Assembly: GCA_047602425.1 (NCBI GenBank)
Contig: JASGHG010000001.1
Span: 3,072,001 to 3,136,000, forward strand
DNA from: Nibricoccus sp.
GTDB lineage: Bacteria > Verrucomicrobiota > Verrucomicrobiia > Opitutales > Opitutaceae
DNA length: 64,000 nt
Direction of reading: 5' to 3'
The translations under genes and the position numbers were made by a program. Below are positions 41,847 to 50,526 of the stretch, in pieces (the first letter of the stretch is position 1; every line of letters begins with the position of its first letter). The notes under the pieces were generated by a model. It searched no databases. It had not been told where the DNA came from and worked only from the letters and a program-made list of their open reading frames with translations.

Positions 41847-43793
41847 TTATGGTGAGGATCTTAAATAAGCCCGAGCTTGTTCGAGAATCTCACGGGCGCC
41901 TGCGTGATCGGGGCGTACCCGGAGGGCGGCTTCATAATGCGGAATGGCTTCGGCGACGCGGTTTTGTTGGGCGAAAGCGTTGGCGAGATTGAGATGGGCG
42001 TCGAAATCGGCAGGGTTGAGCCGGAGCGCTTCGGTGAGTTCCTTTTCGGCCTCGGCAAACTGTCCCTGCGACGCGAGTACGGTGCCGAGCCCGGAATGAG
42101 CTTCGACGAGCTTGGGTGCCGAACGAAGCAGTTCCCGAAATTCGTTGATCGCCGCAGCGGGTTCACGGGCGCGGAAGAGCGCCTGCGCAAGCTTAAGGCG
42201 ATAGTCGATGGCAGTTGGTTGTAGACGGATGGCTTCGCGGTAGTGCGGAATTCCTTCAGCGACGCGGCCAGTTGAGGCGAGGGCAAAGCCGAGTCCAAAA
42301 TGCGCCTCGGGATTGGCGGGTTCAACGGCGAGGGCGGTGGCGAAATTATTCGCGGCGACAGCGGGTTGGCCGGATTGCAATTGGGCCCGGCCGAGGTTGA
42401 CGAGCGCGCTGGCGTAGCGCGGATCGAGTTGGACGGCATGCTGAAAGGTGGCGATGGCTTCGTCATTGCAGCCGGCAATAAAAAGGGCGGTGCCAAGATT
42501 GTTATATGCGCGTTTGGAAGACGGTAGCTTGGTGACAGTGTCCTCCCACAAAGTGACAGCGTCGCGGTAGTCGACATTGCGTCGGAATGTCAGGAGACCG
42601 AACAATACGGCTGCGCCAATAAACACCGGGATGCTGCGCCGTCCCAGGTAGCGAACCGAAATGACGACGGGAATTACAATAACCGCCGCGAGGGGAAGGT
42701 ACATGCGGTGTTCGGCCATCGTCTGTGTGACGATAGGAGCGAAGCTGGAACTGGGAGCAAGGACGGCGAAAAACCATGCGCCTGCGAGGCCAAGTGGAGA
42801 ATTTTTGCAGACGGCGTAAGAGGTCGCGCCAGCCAGCGTGAGGAGAAGTGCGGCTTGCGGCCAGATGTGAACCATCGAATCGATCGCGGCGGTGCCGTAG
42901 TCAAAAACGAGCGGAGCGGGCCAGATAGACAATCGCAGGTAGTGGGCGACTGCTTGGCATTGGGTGAGCGCGTAGGTCCAGGGGGTGATGTTTTCGGAGC
43001 TACCCACCGAGCCGCCGCGTCCATGTGTACTGACAATCAACGTGGCAAGGACGAACCAAGTGCTGGCAAGTGCTAGGTAATACCCCCGACGTTGGCGCCA
43101 AGCAGTCGCAATGGAACCACTCACGAGCGTGCGATCGTATAAAAAAACGAACAAGGGAGCAGAGATAATAATTTCCTTGCTGGCCATGCCGAGGAGACAA
43201 CTCGCCACCGACAGGCTTTGCCAGCGCAGCGGTTTTGACGAATCGATCGCTCGTAGAAAACAGTAGAGCGTGAGCAAATAGAAAAGCGACGCGAGCACCT
43301 CGGCGCGTTGGACGATATAGGTAACCGCGGCCGTTTGCAGAGGGTGCAATAGCCAGAGCGCACCGCAGGTGAAGGCGACGATATCGGCTGCGAAGCCCAA
43401 GCGTGGGCGGAAAGCTTCGCGGCGAAATGTCCGTCGCACCACGCCAAAGAGCGACAGTGCGGTGGCGAGGTGAAGGGCGAGGTTGAAAACATGGTAACCT
43501 CGGACATTAAAACCGCCGAGCGCATGATTGAGCGCGAGGGAAAGGTTGACCAGCGGACGTCCGCTGGCCGTCGTGCCGCCGGGAGGTCCGGCAAGCGTTT
43601 CCCATGACAGGAGTTTTAGGAGCGAGGGATTGTTTAGGATTGTACCTACGTCGTCGAAAACGAATGGTCCATTGAAGCTGTTGGACCAAGCAGCTATTCC
43701 CGCCGCAGCGAGCAACGCGGCAAACAGCCAGGTTCGTTTTCCGTTTTCGTCAACGGGATCGGCTCCGTGCGTGGTTGTCGTCGTAGGTTTCAC
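41847..43793 (-). CDS. TMTC-like GT-C membrane glycosyltransferase with C-terminal TPR repeats
   Basis: FVFDD, GRPL, HPLQTAAVTYIVQRAE, SKE, AEHRMYLP, followed by TPR repeats. Confidence 0.75.
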   Translation of the reverse strand: MKPTTTTTHGADPVDENGKRTWLFAALLAAAGIAAWSNSFNGPFVFDDVGTILNNPSLLKLLSWETLAGPPGGTTASGRPLVNLSLALNHALGGFNVRGYHVFNLALHLATALSLFGVVRRTFRREAFRPRLGFAADIVAFTCGALWLLHPLQTAAVTYIVQRAEVLASLFYLLTLYCFLRAIDSSKPLRWQSLSVASCLLGMASKEIIISAPLFVFLYDRTLVSGSIATAWRQRRGYYLALASTWFVLATLIVSTHGRGGSVGSSENITPWTYALTQCQAVAHYLRLSIWPAPLVFDYGTAAIDSMVHIWPQAALLLTLAGATSYAVCKNSPLGLAGAWFFAVLAPSSSFAPIVTQTMAEHRMYLPLAAVIVIPVVISVRYLGRRSIPVFIGAAVLFGLLTFRRNVDYRDAVTLWEDTVTKLPSSKRAYNNLGTALFIAGCNDEAIATFQHAVQLDPRYASALVNLGRAQLQSGQPAVAANNFATALAVEPANPEAHFGLGFALASTGRVAEGIPHYREAIRLQPTAIDYRLKLAQALFRAREPAAAINEFRELLRSAPKLVEAHSGLGTVLASQGQFAEAEKELTEALRLNPADFDAHLNLANAFAQQNRVAEAIPHYEAALRVRPDHAGAREILEQARAYLRSSP

Positions 43794-44467
43794 CAGCGTC
43801 CCGCTAGAAACTCAGGTAGAAGCGTCCAGAATTCGCGATCGAGTACGGCTTTCACCTCTTCGAGATCGCACGTTTTACCGACCTCGGCCTGCAACGACGT
43901 GACGGTGCCTTCCTGCGCGCCAATGCCACACGGAATGATACCGCTAAAATGCGCGAGGTTTGAATTCACATTCAGCGCAAAACCATGATACGTGACCCAG
44001 CGTTTCACGGCGACGCCGATGGCCGCGACTTTGCGTTTGCCGAGCCAGATGCCGGTTTTACCTTCGCGGCGCGTCGCGGCGAGACCGATGCAGCCGACGG
44101 CATTGATCATGACCTGCTCCAAAAAACGCAGGTATGCATGCAAGTCCTGACGCGGCGCTAGACTGATGATCGGGTAGCCGACGATTTGACCGGGACCGTG
44201 ATAAGTGATGTCGCCACCGCGATTCGTTTTCACAACTTCGACGCCTTCGGTCGCGAGTTGTTCGTCATTCCAGACGAGGTTGGATTCCGAACCACTCCGC
44301 ATCCCTATCGTGAAGACAGCTTCGTGTTCGGTGAAAACCAGCGTGTCGCCGATCGTGCCGGCAATGCGCTGTGCGACTAATTCTTCCTGTTTGCGCCATG
44401 CGGCTTCGTAGCGGGTGCGACCCCAATCGACAGTGGTGCGAGTGGGCGTGGGTGCCGGAAAGGACAT
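43790..44467 (-). CDS. lipB: Lipoyl(octanoyl) transferase
   Basis: EHEAVFTIG, RGGDITYHGPGQIVGYPI, KVAAIG, HGFALN, IIPCG. Confidence 0.95.
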   Translation of the reverse strand: MSFPAPTPTRTTVDWGRTRYEAAWRKQEELVAQRIAGTIGDTLVFTEHEAVFTIGMRSGSESNLVWNDEQLATEGVEVVKTNRGGDITYHGPGQIVGYPIISLAPRQDLHAYLRFLEQVMINAVGCIGLAATRREGKTGIWLGKRKVAAIGVAVKRWVTYHGFALNVNSNLAHFSGIIPCGIGAQEGTVTSLQAEVGKTCDLEEVKAVLDREFWTLLPEFLAGRW

Positions 44468-44528
44468 AGTTCGTAGAGGAAATCGAGACGCCCGCGGGGT
44501 CAAGCCGTCGAACAGTCCGCGCGTCGGA

Positions 44529-45785
44529 TCAGAAGAGAATAAACAACGACGCTACGCCCGCGACGACGGTCAGGCCGAGCATAATGCCGATGCGACGGCG
44601 AAGTTGCGGCGAGCCGAGGCTAATGGCGAAGCACGCTTTCATGATCGAGTTGGCGACCGCTCCCACGATCACGCATTTTGCGGCCATGTCGATTGGAACA
44701 GTGCCATCGCGAAGACTGTTGGCCATGAGAAGCGCGATCGCGTCCATATCGGTGAGACCGGAAAGAAAACTGAGTGGCAACAGGCTCGCGGTAAACTGGA
44801 GCGAAGTCGCGCCTTTGATGAGAAAAGCCACCACGGCGTAGAGCAGGCCGAACTTGATCGCGATGCCGAGACCGAGCGGATTGTGAATGTTTGGAGGCGT
44901 TACGCACGGTTTGTCTCCGTTGGGCTTGAGCCATTGCCAAAGTGCAAAACAAACGCCGGGCAACGCCATGGCGGCGAAGGGCAGTGCGAGCCGTTGCATT
45001 AGTTCGGGATTGAGCGCGGCAATCATCACCAAGACGCGCCCCAGCATCACCGTGCATGCCAGGATCACGGCTAGCGAATGACTGGAGCTAAGTTCTGGTT
45101 CGTCTTTGCTGCGCCGGCTGAACGCGAGTGTGGTCGCCGTGCTTGACGCCAGCCCTCCGACTAATCCCGTGACGGTTATTCCCGCCTGGGTGCCGAGCAA
45201 CCGCATCAAAATATAACCGGCAAAACCGAGGCCCGAGATCAGCACGACCATCAGCCATGTCGAATAGGGATTGAACGCGGCGAACGGGCCCATGGCGCGG
45301 TCGGGCACCAGCGGAAGAATTACACCGGTGATGGCGACAAACTGAAGCGCGGAAAAAATGTCTTCGTTGGTAAAATGGCGCGTCCAAGAATGCAGCGGCT
45401 GCTTGCTGCCAAGCGTCACCATGGTGAGCGCGGCGACAAGCACCGCCATTTGCTGGTGCCCCCAATTAACCAGCGCGCCGACGAAGCAAGTGAGGAGCGC
45501 CGCGACAAACGTGGTGCTGCCGGGATGGCCGTCCTTCCCATCGCGCCAATGCAGCATCGTCAAATGCCCTCCGACCAAGATGAGCGCCACGGGAAGAATT
45601 GCGGCCGAGTAGTGTTCCGACAAATACGCCGCCAGACAGCCGAGCAACGACCACAGAGTGGAAGTCCGCACGCCGACAAAGTTCATATCGCCGGGCTTGC
45701 CGCGTTGCTCGCTCCATTGACGGATCAAACCAATGAGGGCGCCGAAACAGGCGCTGACGACGATCATGCCGAGTTGAGTGCTCAC
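44529..45785 (-). CDS. MgtC/SapB family protein with DUF4010
   Basis: GALIGLIR, GVRT, WLMVVLISG, GGLASSTATT, SGLTDMDAI. Confidence 0.85.
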   Translation of the reverse strand: MSTQLGMIVVSACFGALIGLIRQWSEQRGKPGDMNFVGVRTSTLWSLLGCLAAYLSEHYSAAILPVALILVGGHLTMLHWRDGKDGHPGSTTFVAALLTCFVGALVNWGHQQMAVLVAALTMVTLGSKQPLHSWTRHFTNEDIFSALQFVAITGVILPLVPDRAMGPFAAFNPYSTWLMVVLISGLGFAGYILMRLLGTQAGITVTGLVGGLASSTATTLAFSRRSKDEPELSSSHSLAVILACTVMLGRVLVMIAALNPELMQRLALPFAAMALPGVCFALWQWLKPNGDKPCVTPPNIHNPLGLGIAIKFGLLYAVVAFLIKGATSLQFTASLLPLSFLSGLTDMDAIALLMANSLRDGTVPIDMAAKCVIVGAVANSIMKACFAISLGSPQLRRRIGIMLGLTVVAGVASLFILF

Positions 45786-45896
45786 AACCTCCTATTATCG
45801 GCACAAAATGCCTCCGGCAAGATGCGAAAATGGGCCGCGGCATTCACCGTCGGTTGAACTGGCCAAGAGACAACGCGAAGCTCTACAGTTTTTCGC

Positions 45897-46865
45897 CTGA
45901 AAACCTCACGCCAGAAAACGAGCCATCACACCACAGGGGAACTGCACCCCCGTAATCCTCATCGTGAGGCATATGATTTTTTGCGTCTGATCCAGGCATG
46001 CCCGGAGCTGAAGCCATTTTTGCGCGCGCATCCACTGGGTGGTGAGGCGGTTGATTTCGCCGATCCAGAGGCGGTCAAAACGCTCAACAGAGCTTTGTTA
46101 AAGGCACATTACGGCGTTGAGCATTGGGATATTCCGGCCGGCTATTTGTGTCCGCCAGTTCCCAGTCGCGCCGATTATCTGCACCACGTGGCGGAACTTC
46201 TGGCGGTTGACGCTGGCTCGGTGCCATTGGGACCCGGTGTGCGCGCCATCGACATCGGGATGGGGGCCAATTGCATTTATCCGATTCTTGGCACGCGAAT
46301 ATTTGGTTGGAGCTTTGTCGGCTCGGACGTGGATCCCACCGCCATCAAATGGGCAAAACAACTGCTATCGGCAAATTCCATGCTCACGGGAAAAATCGAA
46401 TGCCGGCTTCAGCCCGATGCGCGGGCCATCTTTCGGCTGGTGACGCGAGCGAACGAGAGATTTGCGCTCTCGCTCTGCAACCCGCCTTTCCATTCGTCCT
46501 CCGCGGAGGCGGCGGCAGGGAGTTTGCGCAAACTCCGGAATCTGGGCGGCGGGATAAAACCCAGCCAGCCCGTTCTCAATTTCGGCGGTCGGCCCAACGA
46601 ACTTTGGTGCGACGGTGGTGAAGTGCGTTTCATTCGACAAATGATCAAAGAAAGCTCCGAAAATCCTGAGCTATGTGTTTGGTTCACGACTCTGGTTTCA
46701 AAAAAAGGCAGCGTGGCACTGATTGAACGGGAACTGCGACGGGTAAGGCCGGTCGACGTACGCACATTGACGTTATTTGCCGGGCAGAAACAGAGTCGCG
46801 TGTTGGCGTGGACTTTTCTGACAGCACTGGAGCGACGAAACCGGCTGAGATCGGTCAAAAGTTGA
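45897..46865 (+). CDS. rlmF: 23S rRNA m6A1618 methyltransferase (probable non-canonical CTG start)
   Basis: LHPRN (45942), LCPPVPSRADY, DIGMGANCIYP, CNPPF, NFGG..ELWCDGGE. No ATG/GTG/TTG lies between the in-frame stop at 45855 and LHPRN. Confidence 0.9.
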   Translation: MKTSRQKTSHHTTGELHPRNPHREAYDFLRLIQACPELKPFLRAHPLGGEAVDFADPEAVKTLNRALLKAHYGVEHWDIPAGYLCPPVPSRADYLHHVAELLAVDAGSVPLGPGVRAIDIGMGANCIYPILGTRIFGWSFVGSDVDPTAIKWAKQLLSANSMLTGKIECRLQPDARAIFRLVTRANERFALSLCNPPFHSSSAEAAAGSLRKLRNLGGGIKPSQPVLNFGGRPNELWCDGGEVRFIRQMIKESSENPELCVWFTTLVSKKGSVALIERELRRVRPVDVRTLTLFAGQKQSRVLAWTFLTALERRNRLRSVKS

Positions 46866-46897
46866 TAAGTAAAATAAAAGATTGACGTATCAAATAA
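46858..46897. promoter_or_regulatory. Tandem TTGA-N4-T(C/A)AA operator upstream of the amidohydrolase operon
   Basis: AGTTGA-TAAG-TAAAAT (46860) and GATTGA-CGTA-TCAAAT (46880), 20-bp period. 30/40 identical to 56024-56063. Confidence 0.65.
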
Positions 46898-46916
46898 CGA
46901 CCGCAGATTGAAGCGC

Positions 46917-47897
46917 ATGAAAATTGATCTGCACGTCCACGTCGTCGGTAATGGCTCGGGTGGGACCGGATGCTGGTATCGCCCGCGAGGATGGACGCGA
47001 CTGGGAGAGCCGCTGATGTTGCGAAGCTTCGGATTGCCGTCGTCGGCGCTGGGAGAAGATCTTGACCGCCAGTATGTCGCCCGTTTGCGCACGTTCGTGG
47101 CGAGTTCGTCGCTCGATGCCATTGTGATTTTGGCGCAAGACGAACCCCACAATGCGAATGGTAGAAAACTGGAGGGCGTGGGCTCATTCTACGTGCCGAA
47201 CGACTACGTACTCGGCCTCGCACGGGACAATCCGGAATTTTTAGCGGGCATTTCGATTCATCCCGCGCGGGAAGACGCCTTGCTTGAGCTGGAGCGGTGT
47301 TTGGAGGGAGGCGCCGCGTTGTTAAAATGTCTGCCGAACTGCCAAAATATCGATTGGGCAGATCGGCGTTACACGCGCTTCCTTGAACGCATGGCCGAAG
47401 CGGGGCTGCCGTTGCTCGCGCACACAGGCGGGGAGCATACTTTGCCGGTCGTCGACAAACGGCTGGCGGATCCGCGTGTGCTAACCAGGCCCTTGGAGAT
47501 TGGTGTAACCTGCATCGCGGCGCACTGTGGCACTGCGAGCTTGTTGTTTGAGCCGGACTATTTTCGGGTGTTCACCGAGATGGTTGCGAAGTACCCGAAT
47601 TTTTATGGGGACAACAGCGCGTTTTGTGTGCCGAACGGGCGATTGCGATGGAGGCACCTTGATCGCTGTTTGGAGGAACCGCTGCGCGGTAGAATACTTC
47701 ATGGTAGCGATTCGCCGGTTCCGGTTTGGGGACACGAGGCATTGCTTCGCGGACAAATCAGTCGACGCGCATTCAGGGAAAGCGTCCGTCAGAAAAATCC
47801 TTTGGAGCGTGACTACCAGTTAAAGCGTGCCATGGGTTTTCCCGAAGAAAGCTTTATCCGCGCCGCCGAATTGCTGCGGATGCCCGTGAGTCGCTGA
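46917..47897 (+). CDS. Amidohydrolase family protein (Amidohydro_2 type)
   Basis: DLHVH, SIHP, LAHTG, AAHCG, HGSDSP metal-ligand pattern. Confidence 0.85.
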   Translation: MKIDLHVHVVGNGSGGTGCWYRPRGWTRLGEPLMLRSFGLPSSALGEDLDRQYVARLRTFVASSSLDAIVILAQDEPHNANGRKLEGVGSFYVPNDYVLGLARDNPEFLAGISIHPAREDALLELERCLEGGAALLKCLPNCQNIDWADRRYTRFLERMAEAGLPLLAHTGGEHTLPVVDKRLADPRVLTRPLEIGVTCIAAHCGTASLLFEPDYFRVFTEMVAKYPNFYGDNSAFCVPNGRLRWRHLDRCLEEPLRGRILHGSDSPVPVWGHEALLRGQISRRAFRESVRQKNPLERDYQLKRAMGFPEESFIRAAELLRMPVSR

Positions 47898-47909
47898 ACT
47901 TTTTCCGCC

Positions 47910-49121
47910 ATGCAACCTGTTGTTGTCGCCAAACCCTATAAATTTATTCCGCCGCATCGGGGCAATCTATGGCCGGCGCTGCTGCGCATCCTGCGGCCGA
48001 GGCTCCTGCGCAGCGATGGCGTGGAATCCATCGAATGTCGTGGCGTGGAACGGTTGCGTGCCTCAGTGTCCGCTGGACACGGCATCATGCTGACGCCGAA
48101 CCATTGCCGACCGTGCGATCCATTTGTGGTGGCGTCGCTCGGTTATGAAATGGGACGCCATGTGCACATCATGGCCAGCTCGCATCTTTTCATGCAGGGG
48201 AGGCTGAAAAAGTTTCTGCTGCAGCGTGCGGGAGCTTTCAGTATTTATCGGGAGGGATTGGATCGGGAAGCGCTCAAATGTGCGTCGCAAATCGTGGCGA
48301 AGGCGAAACGCCCGCTGATGATTTTTCCGGAAGGTGTGATTTCGCGCAGCAACGACCGGCTTGGACCATTGATGGAAGGCACGGCGCTGATCGCACGCAG
48401 CGCGGCAAAACAGCGCGCGACGGCTGGCGGTGGCAAAGTGGTCGTGCACCCCGTGGCAGTGCGTTACTGTTTCGAAGGAAATCTTGAGGCGACCGTGACG
48501 CCAATGCTGGAGGCGATCGAGAAACGATTGACATGGAGCGTCCAGCGCGGGCTGCCGTTGGTGGAGCGTGTGGCGAAAATTGGTGGCGGCTTGCTGGCGT
48601 TGAAAGAGATCGAATTTTTCGGCGTGCCTCAGGTCGGCGAATTCGCGGAACGCATTCAGCGACTCATCGATCATCTGCTTTGTCCAATCGAAGCCACGTG
48701 GCTGAAAGGCCGGCGTGAAACAGGTGTGGTCGGCCGTGTGAAAGCGCTGCGCACGGCGCTCGTGCCGGAACTCGTGGCGGGCACTTTGTCGGCCGAGGAT
48801 CAAGAACGGCGCTGGGCGCTGCTCGCGAAACTCTACCTCGCGCAGCAACTCGCGTTTTACCCGGCAGGCTATTTTCGTCCGGAACCGACGCCCGAGCGCA
48901 TTTTGGAAACAGTCGAGCGTTTCGAGGAGGACATGAACGATGCGGTGCGCCGTGTCGGACCGATTCATGTGATTGTGGACGTAGGGGAGGCGATTGAGGT
49001 GAGTCCGGAACGCGTGCGAGGAGGCGAAGGCGATCCGTTGATGAACGCGATCGAACAGAAGATCGAGGCGATGCTGGCCAAATCGCTGACGGAGCGTTAT
49101 CCCGGTGCGATCTTACAATGA
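47910..49121 (+). CDS. PlsC-family lysophospholipid/glycerol acyltransferase
   Basis: NHCRPCD (HX4D), GAFSIYR, IFPEG, PVAVRY. Confidence 0.85.
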   Translation: MQPVVVAKPYKFIPPHRGNLWPALLRILRPRLLRSDGVESIECRGVERLRASVSAGHGIMLTPNHCRPCDPFVVASLGYEMGRHVHIMASSHLFMQGRLKKFLLQRAGAFSIYREGLDREALKCASQIVAKAKRPLMIFPEGVISRSNDRLGPLMEGTALIARSAAKQRATAGGGKVVVHPVAVRYCFEGNLEATVTPMLEAIEKRLTWSVQRGLPLVERVAKIGGGLLALKEIEFFGVPQVGEFAERIQRLIDHLLCPIEATWLKGRRETGVVGRVKALRTALVPELVAGTLSAEDQERRWALLAKLYLAQQLAFYPAGYFRPEPTPERILETVERFEEDMNDAVRRVGPIHVIVDVGEAIEVSPERVRGGEGDPLMNAIEQKIEAMLAKSLTERYPGAILQ

Positions 49122-49765
49122 GCCAGATTTTTCCTTACCTTGTCCGCATTGGTGCCGTGGCTATTGCCCTTGTGCTTTGGTTTTGGACGCAAAAGTTAAT
49201 CGGCTTAAAGGCGATGACGGGCAACAAAATCGGCGACCGAATGCACGACTGGACGGCTCCGTTGCATGGCTGGCTGCTGGCGAATCCACAGATGGCGAAT
49301 GCCACGTTGATTGCGACATCGGCGTTAATCGACGTCTTTGGACTTTTTTTAGTCGGCGCAGCGGTTTTTGGACCGAGCTGCCGCCCATTTGTTGCTTTGC
49401 TATTGGTTTTTGGTCTCCGGCAAATTTGTCAGGCAATTTGTACGCTGCCGTATCCGGACCGCCCGATTTGGAGAGATCCAGGTTTTCCGTCGCTGCTAGT
49501 GACCTACGGAACGAGCAACGATTTCTTTTTCTCCGGACATACCTCGATCGCGCTCATCGGCGCTTTGGAAATCGCACAAGTAGCGCCCACTTGGCTGGCG
49601 GTTTTGGCTGGTTGTGTGGCGGTCCTTGAAGCGGTCACGGTAATCGTGCTGCGCGCCCATTACACCATGGATGTTTTTGCGGCGGTTTTTGCGGCGTGGG
49701 TTTGTGAAATGGTTGCACGCCACGTGGCGCCGACGGTTGATGCCTGGCTCGGATTGCTGGGGTAA
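49118..49765 (+). CDS. PAP2-related membrane phosphotransferase, sphingomyelin/IPC-synthase-like
   Basis: NDFFFSGHT and RAHYTMDV motifs, multiple TM segments. ATGA overlap with the upstream gene. Confidence 0.75.
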   Translation: MSQIFPYLVRIGAVAIALVLWFWTQKLIGLKAMTGNKIGDRMHDWTAPLHGWLLANPQMANATLIATSALIDVFGLFLVGAAVFGPSCRPFVALLLVFGLRQICQAICTLPYPDRPIWRDPGFPSLLVTYGTSNDFFFSGHTSIALIGALEIAQVAPTWLAVLAGCVAVLEAVTVIVLRAHYTMDVFAAVFAAWVCEMVARHVAPTVDAWLGLLG

Positions 49766-49768
49766 AGC

Positions 49769-50521
49769 CTAGGGATTTCGAATCTGCACGGCAGAATCCA
49801 TCGTCCAGTCATTGTGTCCGCCGCTCAATTCGTGGAAGATCGTTTGCGGCTTTGAGGTGGCAAGATTTTTGGCATGGTTGATCGGGATGACGGTGTCCGA
49901 TTTTTCGGCGTAGATTTCGAGCGGCCCACGGTAGTTGGCGAGTGCGGTGAGGTTGTTCCAGTTGTCGCGTAGAATGAGACGAACCGGAAGAAAAGGGTAA
50001 TGGCCGGCGGCGACGCGGGCGAGCTCGTCGTAGGGAACGATCAGGACAAGTTTGTCGGGAGGACGGGAACCAGAAGCGAGAAAGCAGGCAGGGCCGGAGC
50101 CAAGGGATTCGCCTAAGATGCAGATGGGATGACTGGGAAACCTTTTTTGGAGTAGATCATACGCAATGGTTGCGGCCTCATTGATCGATTTCATCGAAGG
50201 TTTGCCGCCGCGCAGTCCATAGCCGGGGTACTCGAGAATGTAGATGGAGTCATCTTGAGCAAAAAAGGGGAGCGCGGACGCACGATGGGCGGCTTGTCCA
50301 CCGTTGCCATGAAGCATGAGCCAAATGTTTTTTGGCGAGGTGACTTCGTGGGCATAGCCGATAATCTGGCCCTCGTGCATCCACGGAGTGAGTCCGGTGG
50401 CAAGGTCAAGATGCGATGGAAAATAGAGGAGCCTGCGTTGAACTGAGGCGCACCCAAAGAGGGAGAGCCCGGCGCCAGCGACAGCAGCCACGGTGAGTAC
50501 GATGCGGACGAAAGGTTTCAC
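49769..50521 (-). CDS. Alpha/beta hydrolase, probable lipoprotein
   Basis: Lipobox-like LFGC, HGNG, EYPGYG, GESLG nucleophile, GHND. GTG start. Confidence 0.85.
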   Translation of the reverse strand: MKPFVRIVLTVAAVAGAGLSLFGCASVQRRLLYFPSHLDLATGLTPWMHEGQIIGYAHEVTSPKNIWLMLHGNGGQAAHRASALPFFAQDDSIYILEYPGYGLRGGKPSMKSINEAATIAYDLLQKRFPSHPICILGESLGSGPACFLASGSRPPDKLVLIVPYDELARVAAGHYPFLPVRLILRDNWNNLTALANYRGPLEIYAEKSDTVIPINHAKNLATSKPQTIFHELSGGHNDWTMDSAVQIRNP

Positions 50522-50526
50522 AATTC

